A stretch of DNA of 64,000 nt, taken from positions 13,169 through 77,168 of the forward strand of contig CAZYSP010000001.1 in the NCBI GenBank assembly GCA_964650285.1. The letters are read 5' to 3'. This DNA is from an uncultured Methanosarcinales archaeon. Lineage in GTDB: Archaea; Nanobdellota; Nanobdellia; Woesearchaeales; GW2011-AR4. The notes beneath the pieces are model-generated. The model did no database searches. It saw only the letters and a list, made by a program, of their open reading frames with translations, and was not told the origin of the DNA. The translations under genes were made by a program, and so were the position numbers. This document shows, piece by piece, positions 28,590 to 39,370 of this stretch. Each line of letters opens with the position of its first letter. Positions within the stretch are counted from its first letter, which is position 1.

Positions 28590-29717
28590 ATGATAACATC
28601 ACAAAAAATAAAACAAATATTGGAAAATTATGATAAAAACAATATAACTATTGGGACTCTTGGAGGTCATTCTGCTCTTGATATTTGCAGGGGTGCAAAG
28701 CTGCATGGCTTTAAGACAGTAGCTGTTTGTCAACGAGGTAGGGAGAAAACATATGAAAAATATTACAGGACAAGGGGTGGTAAGGGAATAATTGATGAAA
28801 TTATTTTGGTTGATAAGTTTAAGGATATTGTCAAAAAGGATGTTCAGAAGAAGTTAAGAAGCTTGAATACAATTTTTATACACAATAGATATTTCTGGGT
28901 TTACTGCAATTTTAAGGAAATTGAGAATAAGTTTTTAGTTCCTATATTTGGTACAAGGGACATGGTAAAATTGGAAGAAAGGGATGTTCCAAAAAACCAG
29001 TATTATATGCTGCAGAAAGCTGGAATAAGGATTCCGAAAATTTTCAAGAATCCAAAACAAATAGACAGATTAGTTATTGTAAAAGTAGCAGAAGCTGCCA
29101 GAGGTTATGAAAGGGCATTCTTCTTTTGCACTAATTATAAAGGGTATTTAGAAAAATCAAAAGAACTTTTAGGGAAAAAAATAATAACAAAACAGGCACT
29201 TAAAAAAGCTGTTATTGAGGAGTATATTGTAGGAGCCCAGGTTAATTTTAATTATTTTTACAGTGCTTTGGATAATGAACTGGAATTAATGGGTACTGAT
29301 ACAAGAAGACAAACAAATTTGGATGGAATTTTAAGGTTACCAGCAACAGAGCAACTGGAAATTCTGAAATATTTAAAGCCAAAATTGATAGAGACAGGTC
29401 ATATTGCTGTTACAACAAAAGAGAGTATTTTAGAAAAAATATTTGATATTGGGGAAAAATTTGTTGCTGCAACTAAGAAATTGCATCAGCCTGGAATTAT
29501 AGGACCATTTGCACTGCAAGGTGCTGTAGTTGCAGAGAAAGGCAAGGAAGATATTGTAATATTTGATGTTTCTATGAGGATTCCTGGAAGTCCTGGAACT
29601 ATGTTTACACCGTACTCTGCTTATTTATACCACGAGCCAATTTCATATGGGGAAAGGGTTGCTATGGAAATAAGAAAAGCAGCAGATGATGATAAATTAG
29701 ACCTAATATGTACCTAA
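28590..29717 (+). CDS. PurP-like ATP-grasp protein (paralog 2)
   Basis: IGTLGGHSALDI, YERAFF, DTRRQTNLDG, IGPFALQ, FDVSMRIPGSPG, GERVAMEI. Confidence 0.9.
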   Translation: MITSQKIKQILENYDKNNITIGTLGGHSALDICRGAKLHGFKTVAVCQRGREKTYEKYYRTRGGKGIIDEIILVDKFKDIVKKDVQKKLRSLNTIFIHNRYFWVYCNFKEIENKFLVPIFGTRDMVKLEERDVPKNQYYMLQKAGIRIPKIFKNPKQIDRLVIVKVAEAARGYERAFFFCTNYKGYLEKSKELLGKKIITKQALKKAVIEEYIVGAQVNFNYFYSALDNELELMGTDTRRQTNLDGILRLPATEQLEILKYLKPKLIETGHIAVTTKESILEKIFDIGEKFVAATKKLHQPGIIGPFALQGAVVAEKGKEDIVIFDVSMRIPGSPGTMFTPYSAYLYHEPISYGERVAMEIRKAADDDKLDLICT

Positions 29718-29799
29718 AATGATTAAAGTATGTAAATTAAGTTTTAATATGGCTTTATATAATTTAAACCTACGAAATCATTAATATTAAAAATTTAAA

Positions 29800-31335
29800 A
29801 TGACTCAGATAATTGTTATTAATTTTGGATCACAAGTAGCACACTTAATAAATAGAAGAATCAGGGAATTAGGGGTTTTCTCAGAATTAGTGCCTTACAA
29901 TATAACTGCTGAAAAAATTAAAAAATTAAAACCAAAAGGGATTATTCTGTCAGGGGGTCCTGCATCGGTTTATGAAAAAAATTCTCCGCAAATTGATAAA
30001 AAAATCTTTTTATTAGGGATTCCTATCCTTGGTATTTGTTATGGCCTGCAACTTATAGGGAAAAATTATGGAAAAGTCTTGCCTGGGAAATTGAAGGAAT
30101 ACGGTAAAAGGAAATTGAAAGTTAAAAAGCAAGGAAAGTTGTTGAAAAAATTAAACAAAAAAGAGCAAATTTGGATGTCGCATGGCGACCTAGTTGCTTC
30201 ATTGCCAAAGGATTTTGAAATTTTAGGAAATACAGATACATGTAAAATAGCGGCTATGGAAAATAACAAAGCAAAGCTTTATGGCGTTCAGTTTCATCCA
30301 GAGGTCGTACATACTCCAAAGGGCATGCAGATTCTGAAAAATTTTGTTTTTGATATTTGCAAAGCAAAAAAGGACTGGAGTATTGATTTGGCATCAAAAC
30401 TGATTGGGGATGTTAAAAAAACTGTAGGGGGTAATGCTGTGATAATGGGAACTTCTGGCGGTGTTGACAGTACTGTTGCAGCTACATTAATTCATAAAGC
30501 AATTGGAAAGCGGTTATATTGTGTTTTCATTGATCATGGACTGATAAGAAAAAATGAAGCGAAAATAGTTATGGATAGGTTCAAAAAATTGAAATTTGAA
30601 AATGTGTATTTTGTAGATTCCAGCAGTGTTTTTTTGAATAAATTGAAAGGTGTTGTGGATCCTGAGGAAAAGAGAAAGATTATTGGACATACTTTTATTG
30701 AGGTTTTTGAAAAAAAGGTTTTGGAACTTGAGAAAAGGCATAAGGACATTAAATTTCTTGGGCAGGGGACTATTTATCCTGATAGAATTGAATCAGCGCA
30801 GCCAAGTAAGGAGGCTTCTAAGATAAAGAGTCATCATAATGTAACTTTACCAAAGAAAATGAAGCTAAAAATTATTGAGCCGTTGAAAGATTTGTATAAA
30901 GATGAGGTAAGGAAATTAGGCAAGGAACTAAAACTTCCCAGAGAAATTTTATACAGGCATCCATTTCCAGGTCCTGGATTGGCAATAAGAATTTTAGGAG
31001 ATGCAACAAAAGAAAGATTAGAGATTTTAAGAGATGCTGATCATATTTTTATGCAAGAATTAAAAAAATCTGGATGTTATGACAAGGTTTGGCAGGCTCT
31101 TGCAGCTTTGTTTCCAATAAAGGCAGTTGGTGTAAAAGGAGATGCAAGAACTTATGAGTATATAATAAGCTTAAGGGCTGTAACTTCAAAAGATGCAATG
31201 ACAGCAGACTGGGCAAAACTCCCTAACTCACTTCTAGAAAGAATTTCCTCAAGAATTTTGAATGAAGTCAAAGGTGTTAATAGAGTTGTTTATGACATTA
31301 GTCAGAAGCCACCTGCTACGATTGAGTATGAGTAA
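29800..31335 (+). CDS. guaA: GMP synthase (fused GATase + ATPPase)
   Basis: GICYG, QFHPEV, SGGVDS, IKSHHN, RHPFPGPGL, KPPATIEYE. Confidence 0.98.
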   Translation: MTQIIVINFGSQVAHLINRRIRELGVFSELVPYNITAEKIKKLKPKGIILSGGPASVYEKNSPQIDKKIFLLGIPILGICYGLQLIGKNYGKVLPGKLKEYGKRKLKVKKQGKLLKKLNKKEQIWMSHGDLVASLPKDFEILGNTDTCKIAAMENNKAKLYGVQFHPEVVHTPKGMQILKNFVFDICKAKKDWSIDLASKLIGDVKKTVGGNAVIMGTSGGVDSTVAATLIHKAIGKRLYCVFIDHGLIRKNEAKIVMDRFKKLKFENVYFVDSSSVFLNKLKGVVDPEEKRKIIGHTFIEVFEKKVLELEKRHKDIKFLGQGTIYPDRIESAQPSKEASKIKSHHNVTLPKKMKLKIIEPLKDLYKDEVRKLGKELKLPREILYRHPFPGPGLAIRILGDATKERLEILRDADHIFMQELKKSGCYDKVWQALAALFPIKAVGVKGDARTYEYIISLRAVTSKDAMTADWAKLPNSLLERISSRILNEVKGVNRVVYDISQKPPATIEYE

Positions 31336-31343
31336 TAAGAGGT

Positions 31344-32771
31344 TTATTTTTCTTCCCACTTCAATATTGGTTTGCGAGCAGCAAGTACTGCATCTAATCT
31401 TTTTACAGGGGTTGTGGAAGGGGCGTTTTTTAGTAAATCGGGGTTTTGTTCTGCTTCCTGCTTTATTTTTATCATTGCTTCTGCAAATTTATCCATGGTT
31501 TGTTTTGACTCTGTTTCTGTTGGCTCTATCATTATTGCTCCATGGATAATTAATGGGAAGTAGATTGTTGGAGCATGAAAGCCGTAGTCCAATAAGCGCT
31601 TTGCAATATCTATTGTTGTTATGTTATTTGGCATGTTTTTGTCAGATAATACAAATTCATGCTTGCAGATAGTATCGTAGGGAAGATCGTAATGTTTTTT
31701 TAGCTTTGACATAAGGTAATTTGCATTCAGTACAGCGTTTTCTGCTACTTGTCTTAGACCTTCTGCACCGAGAGATTTAATATATGTATAGGCTTTTACT
31801 AAAACATTGAAGTTTCCATAAAAAACCCTAACCTGGCCAATGGAATTTTTTAAATTATAATCGAGGTAATAATTATCATTTTTCTTATTAATTAATGGTG
31901 TAGGTAAGTAATCTACTAATTCTTTAATGACGCCTACTGGACCTGAGCCTGGACCACCGCAGCCATGAGGGGTGGAAAAGGTTTTATGCAGATTAAGATG
32001 AACAATATCAAAACCCATGTCTGCAATCTTTACAATTCCGAGTATTGCATTAGCATTAGCGCCATCACAGTAGAATAATGAGCCATTGTCGTGCAGGATT
32101 CTTGCTATTTCCAGGATGTTTTTGTCAAATATACCTAAAGTATTTGGGTTTGTTAACATTAATCCTGCAACATCCTTAGTCATGTGTTTCTTTAAATCTT
32201 CTAAATCAATAATACCTTCATTGTTTGATTTGATTTGTATGGCTTCAAATTCACATAAAGCTGCAGAAGCAGGATTTGTTCCATGAGCTGAGTCAGGGAT
32301 TAGAATTTTGTTTCTTTTTTCATTTTTTATTTCAAAATATTTTTTTATGATCATTACTCCTGTAAGCTCGCCATGTGAGCCAGCTGCTGGTTGTAAAGTA
32401 AACCTTTGCATGCCAGTAATTTCGCACAAATCTTTTTCTAATTCATAAATAAGTTGTAAAGCACCCTGATTTAATTCCGGGGCAAGAGGATGTATCGCAG
32501 TAAATCCTGGAAGTTTTGCTATATCCTCATTTATTTTAGGATTGTACTTCATTGTGCATGAGCCTAGAGGATAAAATCCATCATCAACTCCAAAATTTCT
32601 TTTTGATAATTCTGTATAATGCCTGACTACATCAACTTCAGAAAGTTCTGGAAGCTCTAATTCAGTTCTAAGCAAAGATTTTGGTATTAAATCTGCTTTT
32701 TCTGGTACATCTAATTCTGGAAGCTCAACTCCTGTTCTTCCTTTTGATGTTTTTTCAAAAATTAATTTCAT
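31344..32771 (-). CDS. gcvPB: Glycine dehydrogenase (decarboxylating) subunit 2
   Basis: [43 protein letters not shown]. Confidence 0.97.
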   Translation of the reverse strand: MKLIFEKTSKGRTGVELPELDVPEKADLIPKSLLRTELELPELSEVDVVRHYTELSKRNFGVDDGFYPLGSCTMKYNPKINEDIAKLPGFTAIHPLAPELNQGALQLIYELEKDLCEITGMQRFTLQPAAGSHGELTGVMIIKKYFEIKNEKRNKILIPDSAHGTNPASAALCEFEAIQIKSNNEGIIDLEDLKKHMTKDVAGLMLTNPNTLGIFDKNILEIARILHDNGSLFYCDGANANAILGIVKIADMGFDIVHLNLHKTFSTPHGCGGPGSGPVGVIKELVDYLPTPLINKKNDNYYLDYNLKNSIGQVRVFYGNFNVLVKAYTYIKSLGAEGLRQVAENAVLNANYLMSKLKKHYDLPYDTICKHEFVLSDKNMPNNITTIDIAKRLLDYGFHAPTIYFPLIIHGAIMIEPTETESKQTMDKFAEAMIKIKQEAEQNPDLLKNAPSTTPVKRLDAVLAARKPILKWEEK

Positions 32772-32887
32772 TTTCAATAAATTTTATTTTCAATTATTTT
32801 GTTTACAATAAATTTTTTAAATTAATCAATAATAATTATTTTTATTTCAATGATTTTTTTGTATTATATAATTAAATTAATGAAACT

Positions 32888-34210
32888 TTAATCTAACTCA
32901 TTTGACAAAACCTCAACTAATTTATCAATATCCTCTTTTGAGTGCATCTCAGTAATACATACGAGCAAGTGATTTTTTAGTTCTGGATAATATTTTCCCA
33001 AATCAAGTCCTGGAACAATATTGTTTTCCTGCATTTTTGAGATTAATTTTTCAATATCATTGCATTTTATGACAAATTCATTAAAAAATGGAGAGGTAAA
33101 AGGTGCAGCAAAATTATCAATATTTTTTATTTTTTCAAAGGTATAGTGTGCTTTTTGTAAATTAATGTTTGCTAAAGTTTTTAGCTGCTTGCCCAGCATT
33201 GAGAGATAAACTGTTGCAGCAAGAGCCATTAATGCCTGGTTGGTGCATATGTTGGAAGTTGCTTTTTCTCTTCTGATATGCTGCTCGCGGGCCTGTAAAG
33301 TCAATACAAAACCTTTTTTTCCTTCAGTATCATTAGTAATACCGACTATTCTGCCAGGAATCTTTCTCGTATGCTCTTCCTTAACAGCCATGAATCCAAA
33401 AGCAGGGCCTCCGAAGTTTAATGGAATTCCAAAAGACTGGCCGTCTCCAACAACAATATCTGCATTACCAGACTTTGATATTCCAAGAGAAGCAGCTTCA
33501 ACAATGCAAGTTACTAATAGTGATTTATTTTCATGAGTAATTTTTTCAATCTCATCCATGTTTTCTATGCAGCCAAAGAAATTAGGGTTCTGGACAATAA
33601 CTGCTGAGGTGTTATCATCAATTTCATTTTTTAAATTTTCAATATCTATGATTCCGTTATTATAATTAATCTCAACACAATTAATATTATGCATTCTACA
33701 GTATGTCTGCACAACTTTTCTGTATTCTGGATGTATTGTTTTTGGAAGGATAATTTTGTTTTTGTTTGTAATATTATGTGACATAAATACTGCTTCTGCC
33801 AGTGCTGTTGAGCCGTCATACATTGATGCGTTTGCAACATCCATTCCTGTAAGTTTACAAATGTATGTCTGAAATTCAAAAATTGATTGTAATGAGCCCT
33901 GGCTTATCTCCGGCTGGTAAGGTGTGTAAGCGGTATAGAATTCTGACCTCGATATTATATGGTCAACAACTGCTGGTATAAAATGGTTATAGCAACCAGC
34001 CCCTAAGAAATTTTTCATTAATTTGTTTTTTTTGGAAATTTTTTCAGTTTTTTTCCTTACCTCAATTTCAGATAATTTAGTTGAGATTTTTAACTGCTCT
34101 TTTGATATTAAATTTTTATCAACATCACTGAAAAGGTTTAGAATATTATCTACACCAATTTCCTTAAGCATTTCATTTTTTTCTGGTTCTGTGTTTGAGA
34201 TGTAGTCCAT
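32888..34210 (-). CDS. gcvPA: Glycine dehydrogenase (decarboxylating) subunit 1
   Basis: FYTAYTPYQPEISQG, NASMYDG, REQHIRREKATSNICTNQ. Confidence 0.97.
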   Translation of the reverse strand: MDYISNTEPEKNEMLKEIGVDNILNLFSDVDKNLISKEQLKISTKLSEIEVRKKTEKISKKNKLMKNFLGAGCYNHFIPAVVDHIISRSEFYTAYTPYQPEISQGSLQSIFEFQTYICKLTGMDVANASMYDGSTALAEAVFMSHNITNKNKIILPKTIHPEYRKVVQTYCRMHNINCVEINYNNGIIDIENLKNEIDDNTSAVIVQNPNFFGCIENMDEIEKITHENKSLLVTCIVEAASLGISKSGNADIVVGDGQSFGIPLNFGGPAFGFMAVKEEHTRKIPGRIVGITNDTEGKKGFVLTLQAREQHIRREKATSNICTNQALMALAATVYLSMLGKQLKTLANINLQKAHYTFEKIKNIDNFAAPFTSPFFNEFVIKCNDIEKLISKMQENNIVPGLDLGKYYPELKNHLLVCITEMHSKEDIDKLVEVLSNELD

Positions 34211-34593
34211 TATTCTTTCTCAATTATTTTTGTATATTCTTCAGCAGATATCATGCTGTTAAGCTCATTTTTGTCTGCAAGCTTTATTTTAAAGAGCCAT
34301 CCTTTGTTGTATGGATCATTGTTTATTATCTCAGGATGGTCTTTGAGCTGCTCATTTATCCTGATTATTTCTCCGGAAACAGGGGCAAATATGTCTGAAA
34401 CAGACTTAACGGATTCTATTGTGGCAGCTGTTTTATTTTGTGTAACAGTTTTCCCTATTTCAGGGAGCTCAACAAAAACAATGTCAGTTAAGGCATTTTG
34501 TGCAAAATCCGTAATTCCTATTGTGGCTATGTCATTTTCTATTTTTACCCATTCATGCTCTTTGGTGTATTTCAATTCTTTTGGATTCTCCAT
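34210..34593 (-). CDS. gcvH: Glycine cleavage system H protein
   Basis: HEWV, GITDFAQ, IESVKSVSD (lipoyl Lys), NDPY..GW. Confidence 0.97.
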   Translation of the reverse strand: MENPKELKYTKEHEWVKIENDIATIGITDFAQNALTDIVFVELPEIGKTVTQNKTAATIESVKSVSDIFAPVSGEIIRINEQLKDHPEIINNDPYNKGWLFKIKLADKNELNSMISAEEYTKIIEKE

Positions 34594-34594
34594 T

Positions 34595-35704
34595 TCATTT
34601 TCCTCCTTTATACTTGTAAAAAGGCTTTTTTACAATTACAGCATTGTAGAATTTGTCCCTTATTTTTATAGTTATTTTATTTCCAATTTGAGAATGCTCT
34701 TTTTTTATTAATGCCATACCCAATGGTTTTCTAAATGTAGGTGAGAAAGTTCCGGATGTAACATAACCTATGTTTTTATCATGCACAAAAACTTCGTAAT
34801 TTGCCCGGGGAATGCCTCTGTCAATCATTTCAAATGCAACAAGTATTTTTTCTGTTCCATACTTTATTTGTTTTTCAAGAATTGATTTACTGATAAAATC
34901 TTTTTCCAGGTTTACAGCCCAGTCTAAGCCTGATTCAATTGGAGTTATCTTCTCGCTTATCTCATGGCTGTAAAGGGGATAACATGCCTCGATCCTTAAG
35001 GTGTCTCTGGCGCCTAAACCAATAGGTTTTAATCCCTGGTCTTTTCCTACTTCCATTAATGAATTCCACATTTTTTCTGCTTCTTTTGATGAAAAATATA
35101 ATTCAAAACCATCTTCTGCAGTATAGCCTGTCCTGGAGACTAGTGTTTTTATACCTATAATATCTGCTTCAATGAAATGGAATCTTTTAGGAAGTTCTGC
35201 AGTGGTTAATTTTTTCAATATTTTTTCAGCCAAAGGTCCCTGAAGGTCCAGCTTTCCGGTTTTTTCTGATATGTTGCTTATTTCCACATTAAATTTATCT
35301 GCATGGCTTTTGATCCAATTAAAATCCTTGTCTATATTGCCTGCATTTACTACAAGCATAAACTCATTTTCTTTTAATTGGTAAACAAAAATATCGTCTA
35401 CAGTTGTGCCATTCTCATAACACATCAAAGAATACATGGCTTGTCCTGGGTATATTTTATTAAGATTGCTGACAATAAGCTTCTGGAGGAATGATATTGA
35501 ATCCGGACCCTGAATAATAAATTCTCCCATGTGGCATACATCAAACAAACCTGCTTTTTCTCTTGTTGCTGTATGCTCATCCATTACATTTGTGTAATAT
35601 ACAGGCAGGTGCCAGCTGTTAAAAGCTACCATCTTGGCTCCTAACTGCTCGTGCACATGAGCTAAAGGAGTTTTTTTTAGAGAAATTATGATTATTCCAA
35701 ACAC
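34595..35704 (-). CDS. gcvT: Glycine cleavage system aminomethyltransferase T (exact start uncertain)
   Basis: KTPL, GLFDVCHMGE, VVNAGN, SRTGYTAEDGFE, GLGARDTLRIEA. Confidence 0.97.
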   Translation of the reverse strand: MFGIIIISLKKTPLAHVHEQLGAKMVAFNSWHLPVYYTNVMDEHTATREKAGLFDVCHMGEFIIQGPDSISFLQKLIVSNLNKIYPGQAMYSLMCYENGTTVDDIFVYQLKENEFMLVVNAGNIDKDFNWIKSHADKFNVEISNISEKTGKLDLQGPLAEKILKKLTTAELPKRFHFIEADIIGIKTLVSRTGYTAEDGFELYFSSKEAEKMWNSLMEVGKDQGLKPIGLGARDTLRIEACYPLYSHEISEKITPIESGLDWAVNLEKDFISKSILEKQIKYGTEKILVAFEMIDRGIPRANYEVFVHDKNIGYVTSGTFSPTFRKPLGMALIKKEHSQIGNKITIKIRDKFYNAVIVKKPFYKYKGGK

Positions 35705-35788
35705 CCCAGCTTTCAGAAAAGAGTTCGTTTAAATAATTTTTGAATATTATGATTGTGTTAAAAATTTCAAGAACAAATATTGTGCTTT

Positions 35789-37345
35789 TCAGCATTTAAC
35801 TGCATATGTCCTTCCATTGATGCCTTTCCTGTAGTTTTCCCATGATTTCCTAAACAGTCTTTTTCCCCACGGTGTTGGATAGTCGCAGGTAATGCAGGCT
35901 GTGCATAAATTATTTTTAGGCAGTCCTATTGCTTTTACCAGCCCTTCCACTGTCTGGTATATTAATGACTCTGCTCCTGCATCTTTTGCAATCTTCTGGC
36001 AGGTTTTTTTGCTGATATTGCTGGTAACAGGCTTTTTTTCATATTTGGGAACAAGAAGCTCAGAAACAGTTGACATATCAATGCCATAAAAACAAGGACC
36101 CCTGATAGGCGGACATGTAACTCTCAGATGAACTTCTTTTGCGCCGCCTTCTTCTTTCAGGTAGCGGACAAGCTGCATTGTTGTGCTGCCGCGGACAATG
36201 CTGTCATCGACAAGCAGGACTTTTTTTCCTCCAAGAACATTTTTTAATGCCGTATATTTGTTCTGCACTTTGTCGTGCCTTGAGCCGCCTTCTATGAAGG
36301 TTCTTCCAACATACCTGTTCCTTATAATCCCTTCCTTAGAGGGGATTCCCAGCTCATAAGCATAAGCATCTCCTGCTGCTTTTGCTGTATCCGGAACAGG
36401 AACAACAATCAGATCCTTATCTATTCTTTGAGTTTCGAGTTTTGCTAATTCCTTGCCAAGGTTTGTCCTTGCAGTATATACTGACTTATTATCCAAAACT
36501 GAACCGACATTTGAGAAGTAAACCCATTCAAACATGCAGTGAGCTTTTCTTTTGGTCTGCGTGTATTTTCTAACCTCGACCTTGCCTTTTTTGATATGTA
36601 TCATATACCCTGGCTGCAACGGCTTTATATTCTTTATTCCGCAGTTTATCAAAGCAACGCTTTCGGAAGCAACCATAAATGTATTTTTGTCTTTGCTGAA
36701 TCCATAAACAAGAGGCCTAAAGCCGTAAGGGTCTCGGGCAACAGCAATTTCTCCCTCTGCGTTTATGAAAGCAATGTTGTAACAGCCGTCAAACTTTTTT
36801 GCCAGTTCTGAGAAAACCTTAACTAAATCCGGCCTTTTATCACCCTTTAATTGTCTTGCTAAAAAATGCATTATTATCTCTGTATCATTATCATAAATCA
36901 TATGATAATCTTCTCTTTTACTCAAAAGCTCCTGTTTTAACTGTGAGAAATTCGCAAGGTTGCCGTTGAGTCCAAAAGCAAACCATTTCCATTTTCTTCC
37001 ATGATGCCTTTCAAATGGCTGTGCAACACCTACATCTTCAGTTCCGGATGTTGCATAACGTACATGCCCTATTCCTTTTTTTCCTGCATATTTTTTAAAT
37101 ATTTCAAAGCTTTTTCTCTTATTGCTTGTCTTAAAGACCTCGTTTACGTGGCCTAAGTCCTTATAAGTGGCCAGTAGCTGGGACCTGTTTGGGTTGAATG
37201 TTGTAACACCTGCACTTAATTGACCTCTGTTTTGTAAGTTCAGCATCAGTTTGTATAGGTAGAACAAGGCTTTGTTTGCGGCATCTCCATCTTGTTTGAT
37301 ATAAACAGCGCAGATGCCGCACTCGTCATGTATGTCTTCCAGCAT
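35789..37345 (-). CDS. purF: Amidophosphoribosyltransferase (propeptide and Fe-S type)
   Basis: Short propeptide then ECGI; GHVRYAT, CMFEWVYF, LVDDSIVRG, PCFYGIDM, CTAC. Confidence 0.96.
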   Translation of the reverse strand: MLEDIHDECGICAVYIKQDGDAANKALFYLYKLMLNLQNRGQLSAGVTTFNPNRSQLLATYKDLGHVNEVFKTSNKRKSFEIFKKYAGKKGIGHVRYATSGTEDVGVAQPFERHHGRKWKWFAFGLNGNLANFSQLKQELLSKREDYHMIYDNDTEIIMHFLARQLKGDKRPDLVKVFSELAKKFDGCYNIAFINAEGEIAVARDPYGFRPLVYGFSKDKNTFMVASESVALINCGIKNIKPLQPGYMIHIKKGKVEVRKYTQTKRKAHCMFEWVYFSNVGSVLDNKSVYTARTNLGKELAKLETQRIDKDLIVVPVPDTAKAAGDAYAYELGIPSKEGIIRNRYVGRTFIEGGSRHDKVQNKYTALKNVLGGKKVLLVDDSIVRGSTTMQLVRYLKEEGGAKEVHLRVTCPPIRGPCFYGIDMSTVSELLVPKYEKKPVTSNISKKTCQKIAKDAGAESLIYQTVEGLVKAIGLPKNNLCTACITCDYPTPWGKRLFRKSWENYRKGINGRTYAVKC

Positions 37346-37497
37346 TTTACCCCAACAGATTATAACGGATTGTGATTTATAAACGTTTCCCTTTTTAAAA
37401 CTTTGTTAGGTTACCCAAAAAGGCAAGATTAAGACTGAATGAAACAAAAATAATTTAAAGAAAGTTAGATAATTTATCCCATATATTGTGTGGTTTT

Positions 37498-38793
37498 ATG
37501 AATATTTTGTTAATTGGCAACGGCGCAAGAGAGCATGTAGTAGCAGAGACTCTAAAGAAAAATAAAGCTGTTAAGTTATATTCTTTTATGAAGTCAAAAA
37601 ATCCAGGGATTGCTTCTTTATCTGAAGATGTTTTGGTTGGTTCTTATTCTGATCTTGATGGTATAAAAGATTTTGCAGAGAAAAATAAAATTGATTTTGC
37701 CTTTATAGGCCCTGAAGACCCATTAAATAATGGAGTAGTTGATGCATTAAAAGACATTGGAATTGATGCTGTTGGCCCGACAAAGAGCATGGCCAGGTTA
37801 GAAACAAGTAAATCATTTACAAGAGAATTGTTAAAAAAATATGATATTGAAGGTAATATCAAGTTCAAGGTTTTTAGTAAAGCTGATGGGATAAATGGTT
37901 TTCTTGATGAAATTGATGAAGTTGTTGTAAAGCCGGATGGCTTAACTGGCGGGAAAGGAGTTAAAGTGCAGGGTGACCATTTCAATACAAAAGAAGAAGC
38001 AGCTGAATACTGCAAAGAAGTTTTAGAAAATGATTCATCTGTAATAGTTGAAGAAAAACTGGATGGAGAGGAATTTTCATTGCAATGTTTAACAGACGGG
38101 AAAACTGTTGTTGGAGCACCAGTTGCGCAGGACCATAAAAGGGTTTATGATGATGATAAAGGGCCTAATACCGGAGGCATGGGATCTTATTCCTGCGAGA
38201 ATCATTTATTGCCATTTCTTAAGAAAGAGCATGTTGATAAAGCACTGGAAATAACAAAAAAGGTTGCTGATGCTATTTATCAAGAAACAGGTTTGTATTA
38301 TAAAGGAGTTATGTATGGTGGTTTTATTTTAACAAAAGAGGGTATTAAGCTTTTGGAGTATAATGCAAGACTTGGAGATCCAGAGGCTATGAATGTTCTG
38401 CCTTTGCTTAAGACAGATTTTGCAGCTATATGCCAGGCAATAATTGTGCAGGAACTTGATAGAGTTAAGGTTGAATTTGAGAAAAAAGCTACAGTATGCA
38501 AGTATGTTGTGCCAGAAGGTTATCCTGAAAATCCAGTTAAGAATGAAAAAATAACAGTAAAAATTCCTGAAAAAACAAGAATATACTATGCATCTGTTGA
38601 CCAAAAAGAAGATGGATTATATATGACTGGCTCAAGGGCAATTGCATTTTTAGGCATTGGAAATAATTTAGATGAAGCAGAAAAGGTTGTAGAAGAGTCT
38701 GTTTGTAATGTAAAAGGCAAGGTATTTCACAGGAAAGATATTGGGACTAAGGGATTGATTGAGAAAAGGATAAAGCATGTAAAAAGTTTTTAG
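37498..38793 (+). CDS. purD: Phosphoribosylamine-glycine ligase
   Basis: GNGAREH, GPE, LETSK, GGKGV, QDHKR, GPNTGGMG, EYNARLGDPE. Confidence 0.97.
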   Translation: MNILLIGNGAREHVVAETLKKNKAVKLYSFMKSKNPGIASLSEDVLVGSYSDLDGIKDFAEKNKIDFAFIGPEDPLNNGVVDALKDIGIDAVGPTKSMARLETSKSFTRELLKKYDIEGNIKFKVFSKADGINGFLDEIDEVVVKPDGLTGGKGVKVQGDHFNTKEEAAEYCKEVLENDSSVIVEEKLDGEEFSLQCLTDGKTVVGAPVAQDHKRVYDDDKGPNTGGMGSYSCENHLLPFLKKEHVDKALEITKKVADAIYQETGLYYKGVMYGGFILTKEGIKLLEYNARLGDPEAMNVLPLLKTDFAAICQAIIVQELDRVKVEFEKKATVCKYVVPEGYPENPVKNEKITVKIPEKTRIYYASVDQKEDGLYMTGSRAIAFLGIGNNLDEAEKVVEESVCNVKGKVFHRKDIGTKGLIEKRIKHVKSF

Positions 38794-38794
38794 G

Positions 38795-39367
38795 ATGAAA
38801 CAGACATTAAAACAGGAAATTTCTGGAAAAAGAAAAACACTTAGTAAAGAAGAAGTTATTAAGAAAAGCAAGTTAATAAAGAAAAATCTATGTTCTTTAT
38901 CTGAATTTAAGAAAGCCAGGAATATTATGTTCTATGTTTCTTTTAATAATGAGGTTGATACGCATGAGGTTATTAAAGAACTGTTAAGCGAGAAAGAAAA
39001 AAATATTATTGTTCCATATGTATTAAAAAACAATCCAATCCTGCAACTTTCTGAAATAAGAGATTTTAATGAATTAGAACCTAAAAGTTTTGGTATTTTA
39101 GAGCCGAGAGAACTTTACATTAGAGAATTCAATCCTAATAAAATTGATTTGGTTATATTGCCTGGCTTGGTGTTTGACAAAAAAGGATGCAGAGTAGGCT
39201 ATGGATATGGATATTATGACAGGTTTCTTAAAAAAGTTAAGAAGGTGAAAAAAATCGGGCTTGCTTTTGAATTGCAGTTAGTTGATGAAATTCCTAAAGA
39301 AAAGCATGATGTTCCTGTCGATATTCTGGTTACTGAAAAAAGAGTTCTCAAATGTAGTGGGAAATAA
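38795..39367 (+). CDS. 5-formyltetrahydrofolate cyclo-ligase
   Basis: EVDT, FGILEP, PGLVFD..G.RVGYGYGYYDR, HDVPVD. Confidence 0.93.
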   Translation: MKQTLKQEISGKRKTLSKEEVIKKSKLIKKNLCSLSEFKKARNIMFYVSFNNEVDTHEVIKELLSEKEKNIIVPYVLKNNPILQLSEIRDFNELEPKSFGILEPRELYIREFNPNKIDLVILPGLVFDKKGCRVGYGYGYYDRFLKKVKKVKKIGLAFELQLVDEIPKEKHDVPVDILVTEKRVLKCSGK

Positions 39368-39370
39368 AAA

